NCBI GenBank assembly: GCA_903835555.1
Contig: CAILNN010000247.1
Span: forward strand, 1-60,401
Length of the DNA: 60,401 nucleotides
Direction: 5' to 3'
From: an uncultured Verrucomicrobiota bacterium
GTDB lineage: Bacteria > Verrucomicrobiota > Verrucomicrobiia > Limisphaerales > UBA9464
The position numbers and the translations under genes were made by a program. Below the pieces are notes generated by a model. The model had not been told where the DNA came from. It saw only the letters and a list, made by a program, of their open reading frames with translations, and searched no databases. Below are positions 9,041-17,378 of the stretch, piece by piece; position 1 is the first letter of the stretch; every line of letters starts with the position of its first letter.

Positions 9041-9823
9041 ATGGCTGAATTCATCCCACCCCCCCGAGTAAACGTCCTCGGCGTCGGCATTTCCGTGCTC
9101 AATTTGGACCAGACGGTGAAGCTGTTGGAACAGGCGGTTGCTTCCCATATCCAGGGCTTTGTCACGCTGACCGGAGTCCATGGAGTGATTGATTCCCAGG
9201 ATTCAGAGGAACTTCGTCTCATTCATAATCGGGCGCTGCTTTGCACTCCAGACGGCATGCCCATGGTTTGGTTGGGAAGACTGGCTGGTTATCGGCAAAT
9301 GGATCGGGTGTATGGGCCGGATTTGATGGACCGTATCCTGTCGCGCGGACCCACGACCGGACAAACACATTTTTTTTACGGAGGCAAAGAGGGCGTTGCT
9401 GACAAGCTCAAAGTAGTGTTTGAAGCCCGCTATCCGGGTGTCCGGATTGTCGGTTCCTATTGTCCGCCCTTTCGACCGCTGACCGATGAGGAACAGGCGC
9501 AACTGGAGGCGCAGGTGGCATTGGCTAAACCCGACTATTTTTGGGTAGGCGTCGGGCATCCGCGCCAAGTGCATTTCATGGCAACCCAATCAGGGCGATT
9601 GCAGACCAAAATCATGCTCGGGGTGGGTGCCGCGTTTGATTTCCATACGGGAACCGTGCGTCAGGCACCGCGGTGGATTCAACGGAGTGGATTTGAATGG
9701 TTATACCGGACCTTTTGTGAGCCGCGTCGATTGGGTCCGCGGTATTTCCGGAACAATCCCCGTTTCGTGTGGCTCATTCTTGGGCAACTCACCGGCCTTC
9801 GCAGGGTTCCAAGCCTCGAATAA
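9041..9823 (+). CDS. WecB/TagA/CpsF (GT26) glycosyltransferase
   Basis: TPDGMPMVW, RVYGPDLM, PPFRPL, GVGAAFDF, APRWIQRSGFEWLYR, EPRRL. Confidence 0.93.
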   Translation: MAEFIPPPRVNVLGVGISVLNLDQTVKLLEQAVASHIQGFVTLTGVHGVIDSQDSEELRLIHNRALLCTPDGMPMVWLGRLAGYRQMDRVYGPDLMDRILSRGPTTGQTHFFYGGKEGVADKLKVVFEARYPGVRIVGSYCPPFRPLTDEEQAQLEAQVALAKPDYFWVGVGHPRQVHFMATQSGRLQTKIMLGVGAAFDFHTGTVRQAPRWIQRSGFEWLYRTFCEPRRLGPRYFRNNPRFVWLILGQLTGLRRVPSLE

Positions 9824-9893
9824 GGGGTTTTGACCGTTTATAATTGTAACCCAGACGACGGCAATTGATCATTCGATCGGAATTGCCGCACCG

Positions 9894-11699
9894 ATGGGAC
9901 GGAAAAAGAAAATCGCATTTCGAACCGTACGCCGACCCGATCGGAGGGGCTACTTGTTCTTGGTGCCTCTGGTGCTGGTTGGGCTTGCCTGGAAGCTGCT
10001 CAATTGGAAACCGGACCAACAATCACCACCAAAGACGGTCGATATTTCCGGGGCGTCCTATGTTGCCCACCCTCGTGGGACGGTCGTTTTCAGCCACGAG
10101 ATTGCGCCAATCGTTTTCACACATTGTTCCCCGTGCCATCGCCCGAATCAAGCGGCACCGTTCCCGCTGTTGAGTTATCGCGACGCGCAACGGCATGCCC
10201 GGGAACTGGTTGAAGTCACTCAATCGGGATACATGCCCCCCTGGCTTCCAGCCGCAGGGTTCGGTCATTTCGTCGATGAGCGCCGCCTTACTGGCGAGGA
10301 AAAGGGATTGATTCAGCAATGGGTTGTCGAGGGAGCCAAAGAGGGCAATCCGGGAGAAACCCCGCCTCCCCCCAACTGGCCGGACGGATGGTACCTGGGC
10401 AAACCAGACTTGGTGGTACAAATGCCGTCCGAATACCACCTGGCTCCGGATGGGGAGGACGTTTACCGAAATTTTGTTGTGCCCGTCGACCTCCCTCGCG
10501 ATCGATATGTTCGCGCTTTCGAGTTTCTTCCCCAAAACCAGCGCATCGTTCATCACGCGTTTATCAAGATATCCCCCAACCAAACCGCCCGCAGGAGGGA
10601 AAAGGACGCCGAAATCCCGGGCTTCGACGGGATGGATGTCCCGGCGGAAACGCCGCCAGGCCAGTTTTTGGCATGGCAACCGGGTAAGATACCGGCTCCT
10701 GGGCCCAGTGGACTTCCTTGGAAGCTGCCGGCTGGAGGTGACTTGGTGTTGCAGGTGCACATGAATAAGACGGGCAAGCCGGAAACGCTTCGTTCTTCGG
10801 TGGGACTCTACTTCACCGACGCCCCGCCCACCAACGCGTGCTTCAAGGTGGAGTTGTGCTCGCTGGCCATCGATTTGCCAGCAGGGGCGTCTAATATTGT
10901 CGTCAGCGATACGTTCACCCTCCCGTGTGAGGTGGATGTTCTGTCGGTGCTGCCCCACGCGCATTTCCTGGCGAAGAAAATGAAGGGATGGGCCACTCGA
11001 CCGGATGGAACGCAGGAGTGGTTGCTGTGGATTCCGAAATGGGACTTCAAATGGCAGGGAGATTATCGCTATTCAACCCCGGTCCATTTACCGGTCGGGA
11101 CGGTCCTTCACATGGAGTTTACCTACGACAACTCCGAGCAAAATTCACAGAATCCGCATCATCCGCCGAGAAGGGTCACCTATGGAGCGCAGACGTCCGA
11201 TGAGATGGCTGAGCTTTGGTTTCAATTCCTTCCGCGAGCTGAAAAGGATATTGCTGCCCTTGAGGAGGCGAACCAAGGGCACTTGTGGAGGATCATTCGG
11301 GACCGTGCCACGCACCTATTGGCAGTCGAACCCAATAACCCACTGGCGCACGTCGAAATGGGAAAGTATCTCGTTACCCAAAGAAACCTACCCGCGGCCG
11401 TGCGTGAATTCCGGCGGTCCATTGAACTTCGATCGGATACCGACGAAGCTCACTTTCAATTGGGTATGCTGCTGCGATTCGAGGGCAAGACGGTCGAAGC
11501 GAGGCGGGAGCTCCAAACAGCAGTCCGACTGAACCCAGAGAATTCGATGGCCTTTGGGCATTTGGGGTTCGTGATGGCGGAAATGGGGGAGTTGGCGGAA
11601 GCTGAGCGTTGCTTTCGCAAGACGTTGGAACTTGATCCGGGCGACGCGCTTGCGGCCAAGGCTTTGGCGCAACTCCTACAATCCTCCAAACGTCATTGA
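9894..11699 (+). CDS. membrane-anchored heme c / copper type II monooxygenase-like protein with C-terminal TPRs
   Basis: N-terminal TM; CSPCH; MPPW; IVHH; LQVH; PHAH; DEM; TPR repeats at the C-terminus. Confidence 0.8.
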   Translation: MGRKKKIAFRTVRRPDRRGYLFLVPLVLVGLAWKLLNWKPDQQSPPKTVDISGASYVAHPRGTVVFSHEIAPIVFTHCSPCHRPNQAAPFPLLSYRDAQRHARELVEVTQSGYMPPWLPAAGFGHFVDERRLTGEEKGLIQQWVVEGAKEGNPGETPPPPNWPDGWYLGKPDLVVQMPSEYHLAPDGEDVYRNFVVPVDLPRDRYVRAFEFLPQNQRIVHHAFIKISPNQTARRREKDAEIPGFDGMDVPAETPPGQFLAWQPGKIPAPGPSGLPWKLPAGGDLVLQVHMNKTGKPETLRSSVGLYFTDAPPTNACFKVELCSLAIDLPAGASNIVVSDTFTLPCEVDVLSVLPHAHFLAKKMKGWATRPDGTQEWLLWIPKWDFKWQGDYRYSTPVHLPVGTVLHMEFTYDNSEQNSQNPHHPPRRVTYGAQTSDEMAELWFQFLPRAEKDIAALEEANQGHLWRIIRDRATHLLAVEPNNPLAHVEMGKYLVTQRNLPAAVREFRRSIELRSDTDEAHFQLGMLLRFEGKTVEARRELQTAVRLNPENSMAFGHLGFVMAEMGELAEAERCFRKTLELDPGDALAAKALAQLLQSSKRH

Positions 11700-11700
11700 C

Positions 11701-11764
11701 CTAGTGTCGGGTTTCCGAAATAGCTTACAGTTTGCCCCAAGCTATTTCGGAAACACGACACTAG
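11701..11764. mobile_element. 64-bp MITE-like inverted repeat bounded by CTAG
   Basis: 26-bp arms CTAGTGTCGGGTTTCCGAAATAGCTT / AAGCTATTTCGGAAACACGACACTAG (1 mismatch) around a 12-nt core; a related end recurs at 32589. Confidence 0.7.
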
Positions 11765-11866
11765 GTGGAGAAGAAACTCGTTGGATGACCGTGGGTAAGT
11801 TATTGACGGTATCGATTCAACGGTTAGGGTTTGCGGCTCTGCTTCTCCCGGGAAGCGGTCGATGAC

Positions 11867-12004
11867 ATGAAACGCCAGTACCAGCCTTCCAAGATTCGTC
11901 GGGTCCGGCAACACGGATTCCGCGCCCGCTTGGCCACCAAGAGTGGCCGTGGGATTTTGCGCAACCGCCGTCGCGTGGGCCGTAAGCGGCTTACACCCGT
12001 TTGA
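11867..12004 (+). CDS. rpmH: 50S ribosomal protein L34 (not in the ORF track)
   Basis: Translated by hand: [45 protein letters not shown]; precedes rnpA. Confidence 0.97.
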   Translation: MKRQYQPSKIRRVRQHGFRARLATKSGRGILRNRRRVGRKRLTPV

Positions 12005-12079
12005 GCAAACCGTCACGCGAACTGACAACCATCGTCAAACAGTGGTTGAGTCTCGGTCTAGCGTCCCCATCATCCTACC

Positions 12080-12517
12080 ATGCCCACGACTGGTCGTCCC
12101 CGGGAGACACTCTCCCGCGCACAACGGTTGCGGTCTAGTGGAGATTTTTTGCGCCTCAAGGACCAAGGCAAGCGGCAGGTACACGGCTGCCTCATTCTGA
12201 ATTGGCAGTCGGCACCTTCCGGGGTCGCCGGACTCTCGTTCAAAACCCGCTTGGGGGTGGTCACCAGTAAACGTGTGGGAGGGGCAGTGGTTCGAAACCG
12301 AGCTCGACGCCTGCTGCGCGAGGTTTTTCGACGGAACCGTTATCTCCTGCAGCCGATCACTTCTGTTGTGCTGGTGGCTCGCCCGTCCATTGCAGGCATG
12401 GGGTACGCTCAAGTCGAACGCGATTTTGTCGAAACTCTCCGCCGTGCCCGTTTGTTGCAGGTCGGCATATCGCCAACAAATCCGTTCCAACTGCCTGGCT
12501 CCAAGCTGAATCCGTGA
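12080..12517 (+). CDS. rnpA: ribonuclease P protein component
   Basis: RLGVVTSKRVGGAVVRNRARRLLRE (RNR motif); synteny. Confidence 0.95.
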   Translation: MPTTGRPRETLSRAQRLRSSGDFLRLKDQGKRQVHGCLILNWQSAPSGVAGLSFKTRLGVVTSKRVGGAVVRNRARRLLREVFRRNRYLLQPITSVVLVARPSIAGMGYAQVERDFVETLRRARLLQVGISPTNPFQLPGSKLNP

Positions 12518-12756
12518 ACCCCGCTCGCTTTGTTCTGATTGCTTTGGTCCGAGGGTATCAATGGCTGGTGTCGCCCGTGCTACCGGTGCTGACCGGAAGT
12601 TCGTCATCGTGTCGATTCCAGCCAACCTGTTCGCAATATGCCGTTGAAGCATTGCGGGCCCACGGAGCGCGGAAAGGAACATGCTTGGCCGTTAGTCGTC
12701 TTTGTCGTTGTCACCCATGGGGAGGTTCCGGCATCGATTTGGTACCGGGACGTTAA
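12514..12756 (+). CDS. yidD: membrane protein insertion efficiency factor
   Basis: CRFQPTCSQYAVEAL...RCHPWGGSGID; synteny. Confidence 0.95.
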   Translation: MNPARFVLIALVRGYQWLVSPVLPVLTGSSSSCRFQPTCSQYAVEALRAHGARKGTCLAVSRLCRCHPWGGSGIDLVPGR

Positions 12757-12777
12757 CCCAACGCAGAATCATTTTTC

Positions 12778-14568
12778 ATGGACCGTAAAGGCATCGGCAT
12801 TCTTGGCGTATCGGTCGTTCTTCTGATCGCGTGGTGGTGGGGAGTGGGGCGGATGTTTCCTTCCCATCCACAGCCGTTGGGTGCCTCCAATCAATTGGTT
12901 TCTTCGGTTTCGCAGCCGGAGGTAGGACCGAATCGTCCGCCGCTGGCTCCGCCGGGCCTTGGAGCATCCGTGCCGGTTAAACCGCAACCGGCACCCGGAC
13001 TTAGCGCTGGAACCACCGAGCAATTAGTGACCCTGGAAAACGACAAACTCAAAGCAACTTTTACCTCCATTGGTGGGGGGCTGAAGTTTGTCGAACTTAA
13101 AAAATATCCTGCCCAGGTCGCCCGATCGAAGGAACCGGCAAGGGAATTGGCCACCCTGAATCAATCGGCTTACCTGCCGGCATTTGCTTTTGCCTACAAC
13201 CCTGAATTAAACGGTGATGGAGCTTTTTCGATCGAGCAAGAATCGGGTCGGGTGATATCGCAGAAGCGTTTCACCAACGGGCTGGTGGTCACCCGGGAAT
13301 TCACACTGCTGACCAATTACCAATTGTCAGTCACGGTCAAACTTGCGAATTCCGGAACGGCACCTATTCGGTTACCACCGCAAGAGATGGTGGTCGGTTC
13401 AGCAGCTCCGATGGAGCCCCATGAAACATCGGATACGCAGGGAGTTTATTGGTTCGACGGCGACAAGGCCCAACATGTGGACCCTCGCTGGTTCGCCAAC
13501 AAGACGTTGGGTTGTATCCCGGGAACTCCCCGAACAGAATATAACGCTGGATTGACAAATGTGGTTTGGGCGGCGGTACACAATCGATTTTTTGCCCTGA
13601 TCACCATTCCAGACCAGCCGGCGTATGCCATGGTGGCCCGGAATTTTCTTCTGCCTCCACCTGGACCTTCGTCGCTTGAAAGTGATTCCCGATTGAATCG
13701 CAATCCTCAATTGCAGCAAGCGGCCTTACTCTATCCAGAAACCATCCTGGCCCCGGCTCAGGTTCAGGAACATCGGTTTCAAGTCTATGCCGGTCCCAAG
13801 GAGTACTTCTCACTGTCGCGTTTGGAACCACAATTGGATTTGGTCATGGACCTAACCGGAGTCACCGGTTTTTTTGCCAAAGGTCTGCTATTGGGGCTCA
13901 ATGGACTCCACACCTTCATTCCATCCTATGGCTGGTGCATCGTCACCATTACTATTCTGATCAAGGCCCTCTTTTGGCCTTTGACCGCCATCAGTGCTCG
14001 TTCGATGAAGAAGATGCAGGCCATGCAGCCGGAACTGGCGGCGATGAAGGAGAAGTACAAGGACGACCCGAGGAAATTTCAGGAAAAGAACCTGGAACTG
14101 ATGAAAAAGCACGGGGTGAATCCGGCAGCCGGATGCCTTCCGATGTTGATTCAGTTTCCAGTCTTCATCGGATTTGTATTCATGGTTCGGACCGCGATTG
14201 AACTGCGCGGACAGAGCTTCTTGTGGGCTACCGATTTGTCTCAGCCAGACACGCTGTTCATGATTCCGTTTTTCGGTGTTCCATTTAACCTCTTTCCGTT
14301 GTTGATGATGGGAACATCTCTATGGGTATCGAGTTTGACACCGCCTTCGCCGCAAATGGACCCGGCACAGCAGCGGATGATTCGCTTTATGCCGATCATG
14401 TTCGTGGTTTTCTTTTACAACAACAGCTCGGGATTGACGTTGTACTGGACTGTGCAGAACCTGATCAGCGTTCTCCAGACGACCCTCACCCAACGCAGCC
14501 GCACGAAGGCCGACGGCTCATCGAAACCGTCGGTGGTAACCGCCCAGGTGGTTCGCCGAAAAAAATAA
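12778..14568 (+). CDS. yidC: membrane protein insertase YidC
   Basis: N-terminal TM, periplasmic domain, YAGPKEY, VNPAAGCLPMLIQFPVF, GLTLYWTVQN. Confidence 0.96.
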   Translation: MDRKGIGILGVSVVLLIAWWWGVGRMFPSHPQPLGASNQLVSSVSQPEVGPNRPPLAPPGLGASVPVKPQPAPGLSAGTTEQLVTLENDKLKATFTSIGGGLKFVELKKYPAQVARSKEPARELATLNQSAYLPAFAFAYNPELNGDGAFSIEQESGRVISQKRFTNGLVVTREFTLLTNYQLSVTVKLANSGTAPIRLPPQEMVVGSAAPMEPHETSDTQGVYWFDGDKAQHVDPRWFANKTLGCIPGTPRTEYNAGLTNVVWAAVHNRFFALITIPDQPAYAMVARNFLLPPPGPSSLESDSRLNRNPQLQQAALLYPETILAPAQVQEHRFQVYAGPKEYFSLSRLEPQLDLVMDLTGVTGFFAKGLLLGLNGLHTFIPSYGWCIVTITILIKALFWPLTAISARSMKKMQAMQPELAAMKEKYKDDPRKFQEKNLELMKKHGVNPAAGCLPMLIQFPVFIGFVFMVRTAIELRGQSFLWATDLSQPDTLFMIPFFGVPFNLFPLLMMGTSLWVSSLTPPSPQMDPAQQRMIRFMPIMFVVFFYNNSSGLTLYWTVQNLISVLQTTLTQRSRTKADGSSKPSVVTAQVVRRKK

Positions 14569-14586
14569 CAATTTACCCGCTCGTAC

Positions 14587-15036
14587 ATGGACCCCAAGGC
14601 GACCCTCGAGGAACTCCTCAAACATCTCGGAATTCCCGCCACCGTAACTGAACAACCGTCGGATGACCAGGTGATGCTGGATATCGAGACGGACGCGCCC
14701 GCGCGCCTGATTGGGCGATCGGGCCAAACCCTGTCGGAGTTACAGTTCTTGCTCAACCGCCTGGTGTTCAAAAACGACTCCAAGGTACCGCGAATCATCC
14801 TGGATGTGGGGGGGTATCGCCGACAAATCCGCGATTTGCTCAGCAAGAGAGCGGTGGAAGCGGCGGAAAAGGTCCGGCGATGGGGAGACATCGTCGAATT
14901 GGAACCGATGAACGCCTACGATCGTCGGATCATTCACCAGTCGCTCAAAGACGACCCGGACGTAGAAACCCACAGCGTTGAGGTGGACGGCAGCGAGAAA
15001 AAGGTGGTGCTGATTCGTCCGAGAAGGCATGCCTAG
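14587..15036 (+). CDS. jag: Jag/KhpB-like KH + R3H RNA-binding protein (short form)
   Basis: LIGRSGQTLSELQ (KH) and LEPMNAYDRRIIHQSL (R3H); follows yidC. Confidence 0.88.
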   Translation: MDPKATLEELLKHLGIPATVTEQPSDDQVMLDIETDAPARLIGRSGQTLSELQFLLNRLVFKNDSKVPRIILDVGGYRRQIRDLLSKRAVEAAEKVRRWGDIVELEPMNAYDRRIIHQSLKDDPDVETHSVEVDGSEKKVVLIRPRRHA

Positions 15037-15054
15037 AGTCATGGATCCACAATC

Positions 15055-15120
15055 GGTTTAGCGAACAAAGCCCTAGGCTGGCCCATCTGCGGGCCTACCC
15101 CGGGCTTTGTTCGCTAAACC
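15055..15120. repeat. perfect 19-bp inverted repeat with nested hairpin between convergent genes
   Basis: GGTTTAGCGAACAAAGCCC (15055-15073) / GGGCTTTGTTCGCTAAACC (15102-15120); inner GGCCC...GGGCC stem. Confidence 0.8.
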
Positions 15121-15172
15121 CATTACCCCGTTTGTATTGGCTGTTGCATCCATCCAGGAAATAGGCCACCGC

Positions 15173-15883
15173 TCATCCAGCCGTCCGAAGTCGAGACAAA
15201 CGGCGAACCATTCCAAAACCGACCAGCGTGGATCCGATCGTTAGCGCATAGGAAGACGGTTCTGGTACCGCCGTGTTTCCTTGGGGTCCTTTGTGATAGT
15301 TGTAGGTTACGGAGCCAGTTGCACCTGCCGTCGTGTCCAGACCGGTACTATTATTGCCGCCGTAAGCGGTGATCGAAAAATCGGATTCAGTCTCAATGGG
15401 CACTACGAAATTGCCCGGCCCAACCCATTGGGCGAGGAGTGACGGAGAATCGAAGGTCAATGTGGTTGTTTGAGTGGTCGAGCTTGCTGCCGAGCTGCTA
15501 CTCCCTTTGGGAGTAATTGGTGTGGCCACATGCAACGAAGTGCTTGGCAGCGACCCCGGGACGATGAAACTTGAATCGTCGGTGGTCAGTTGGGAGGTCA
15601 CATCGGCGACCGCAAATGCCCGGTCGCCATTAGCATAATTATTGAAGTTCAATGTCGTTGATAGAGTCTCTGAAAAACTAAATGTGACGCTATCCAGCGT
15701 CGCTCCTCTCACATCAAACTTTGGGAACGCCAACGACCCCGACCAATCCGTCTTGGTGTCGTTCGCTATTGGCGTAGTTGTCAGGACGGTGGTTGAAAAC
15801 GATTGGCCCAAGAGTGGTGCCGCAGCAAGGCAGCAGGCGACAAGACTAGGTCCGGTTCCGCGATAGATCTGGATTCGATTCAT
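15173..15883 (-). CDS. PEP-CTERM sorting domain protein (choice-of-anchor E-like)
   Basis: Signal peptide after ATG 15883; Ser/Thr-rich body with TDWSGSLAFPKFD; C-terminal VPEPSS + TM + RRLSRLR. Confidence 0.88.
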   Translation of the reverse strand: MNRIQIYRGTGPSLVACCLAAAPLLGQSFSTTVLTTTPIANDTKTDWSGSLAFPKFDVRGATLDSVTFSFSETLSTTLNFNNYANGDRAFAVADVTSQLTTDDSSFIVPGSLPSTSLHVATPITPKGSSSSAASSTTQTTTLTFDSPSLLAQWVGPGNFVVPIETESDFSITAYGGNNSTGLDTTAGATGSVTYNYHKGPQGNTAVPEPSSYALTIGSTLVGFGMVRRLSRLRTAG

Positions 15884-16105
15884 AAGATTAGGTTCTTTAG
15901 ATTCCTGCCAGTCACGACTCGCTCGCCAACATGGTCCGCGAGTCAACTGCGGAATATTATTGCTCACAAACGCGGTATTATTGCAATCATCAGTAGATAA
16001 GGAGAGAGACTCATTCTTTCTCAGGGGTTTTTCAGAGCACTAGGCCATCTTCCTAAGACGATTCGGAATTCCCTGGCTTTTCGTCAGGTAAAGGCTCTGA
16101 CAAAG

Positions 16106-17311
16106 TCATCGCCGCTCGCATCGAATGGTGTCACCTTCGTCCCACCAAATCTCCGCATGCGGATGAGAAAATCGGGTCTCCCACGGCAGGTGATAGGCCC
16201 CTGCATCCAACCAAACGAGGCAATCGCCGGGATGGATGCCCTGCGACATGGGACGAAGCGCCAACTGGTCAAACGCCATGCAGGTGGGTCCATATACGGC
16301 GGTCTTGATCCGTCGCCCGCCCAGTGGAACCAACGGCAACAACGCATGGTCTTCCCACAGCGATACTAAGGCATGCAGGCTACGGCCACCATCGGCAATA
16401 AGTTGTCGCAAGTCCCCTCGACGCTTGGCATCAAGAATCCGGATGCAAAGCGCGCCGGAGCCAGCCAATAAAAAGCGACCGTTTTCCAACCACAATTCTT
16501 GCACTCCGGGAAGTGTATCCCAGGTACGTCGGAGGATGGCGGCCCATGCCGTCAATCGAAACCGGGCGGCTAGGGAGCTGCCATCCTTGGCACGAGTATG
16601 GGGCGGTGGTAGTCCGCCGCCGATATCCAGGTATTTCGGACAAAATCGGGCGGCCTGACACATTTCCACAACCGAGGCCAAGGCGCGAGCGTGGCAATCG
16701 GCATTGACGATATTGGTTCGGAGATGGAAGTGAAGGGTCTCGGGTTCCAATCCCTGCTTCCGGAGCAATCGAATGGCGCTAACCGCTTCAGAAGGTTCAA
16801 AACCAAATTGCGTCGGCAACTCGGGTGCGCCCGGGTCAAACTCCTCCGGTGTTCGAAGTCGAATGCCCAACCGCCAGTGATCCCGGATGGCGACCGGAAG
16901 TAGCTCGCGCAGTTCCGTCGGTGAATCAAAATTGACACGAAGTCTGGATCGACTGATTTCCGGCAGCCATCGGTACTTGGCAGGTCCATTGACGAGGAGT
17001 CGATCGGTATCGAACCCACAGCCAGCGGCCAGATGGAACTCGGCCTCGCTAACCACCTCGGCTCCGCGGCCTGTGCGATTCCACCAGCGCAGCTGAGCCG
17101 CCAGCGGCTGCGTCTTACATGAATACCAATGCCGAACCGGACGGCCAAAATCCAGGGCGTCCAATTGTCCCAATCGGTCGGCTACCGAATTTGGGCAAAA
17201 AAGATAGAATGGTGTCTTGGCTCCGAGGTCAAGCGCCGCCCCGACCGCACGTCTCCAACCTGCGATCACGTCATTCGAATGTCCGAATTCGGATTTCTGG
17301 GTCCGTTGCAT
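16106..17311 (-). CDS. fold-type III PLP-dependent decarboxylase (LysA/ODC-like, substrate uncertain)
   Basis: TPFYLF, YSCKTQ (PLP lysine), NGPAK, QFG, LHFH, LDIGGG, ENGR, GPTC, GAY. Confidence 0.82.
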   Translation of the reverse strand: MQRTQKSEFGHSNDVIAGWRRAVGAALDLGAKTPFYLFCPNSVADRLGQLDALDFGRPVRHWYSCKTQPLAAQLRWWNRTGRGAEVVSEAEFHLAAGCGFDTDRLLVNGPAKYRWLPEISRSRLRVNFDSPTELRELLPVAIRDHWRLGIRLRTPEEFDPGAPELPTQFGFEPSEAVSAIRLLRKQGLEPETLHFHLRTNIVNADCHARALASVVEMCQAARFCPKYLDIGGGLPPPHTRAKDGSSLAARFRLTAWAAILRRTWDTLPGVQELWLENGRFLLAGSGALCIRILDAKRRGDLRQLIADGGRSLHALVSLWEDHALLPLVPLGGRRIKTAVYGPTCMAFDQLALRPMSQGIHPGDCLVWLDAGAYHLPWETRFSHPHAEIWWDEGDTIRCERR

Positions 17312-17378
17312 ATCCCTAGTGCACCGAGCCTCCAGGACGGAGATCAGTTGGCCAAGTAGAACCGAATTATCTAGACTG

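Noticed and set aside
11765-11866. oriC upstream of rpmH
   Set aside because: No DnaA-box cluster, no AT-rich unwinding element and no dnaA.
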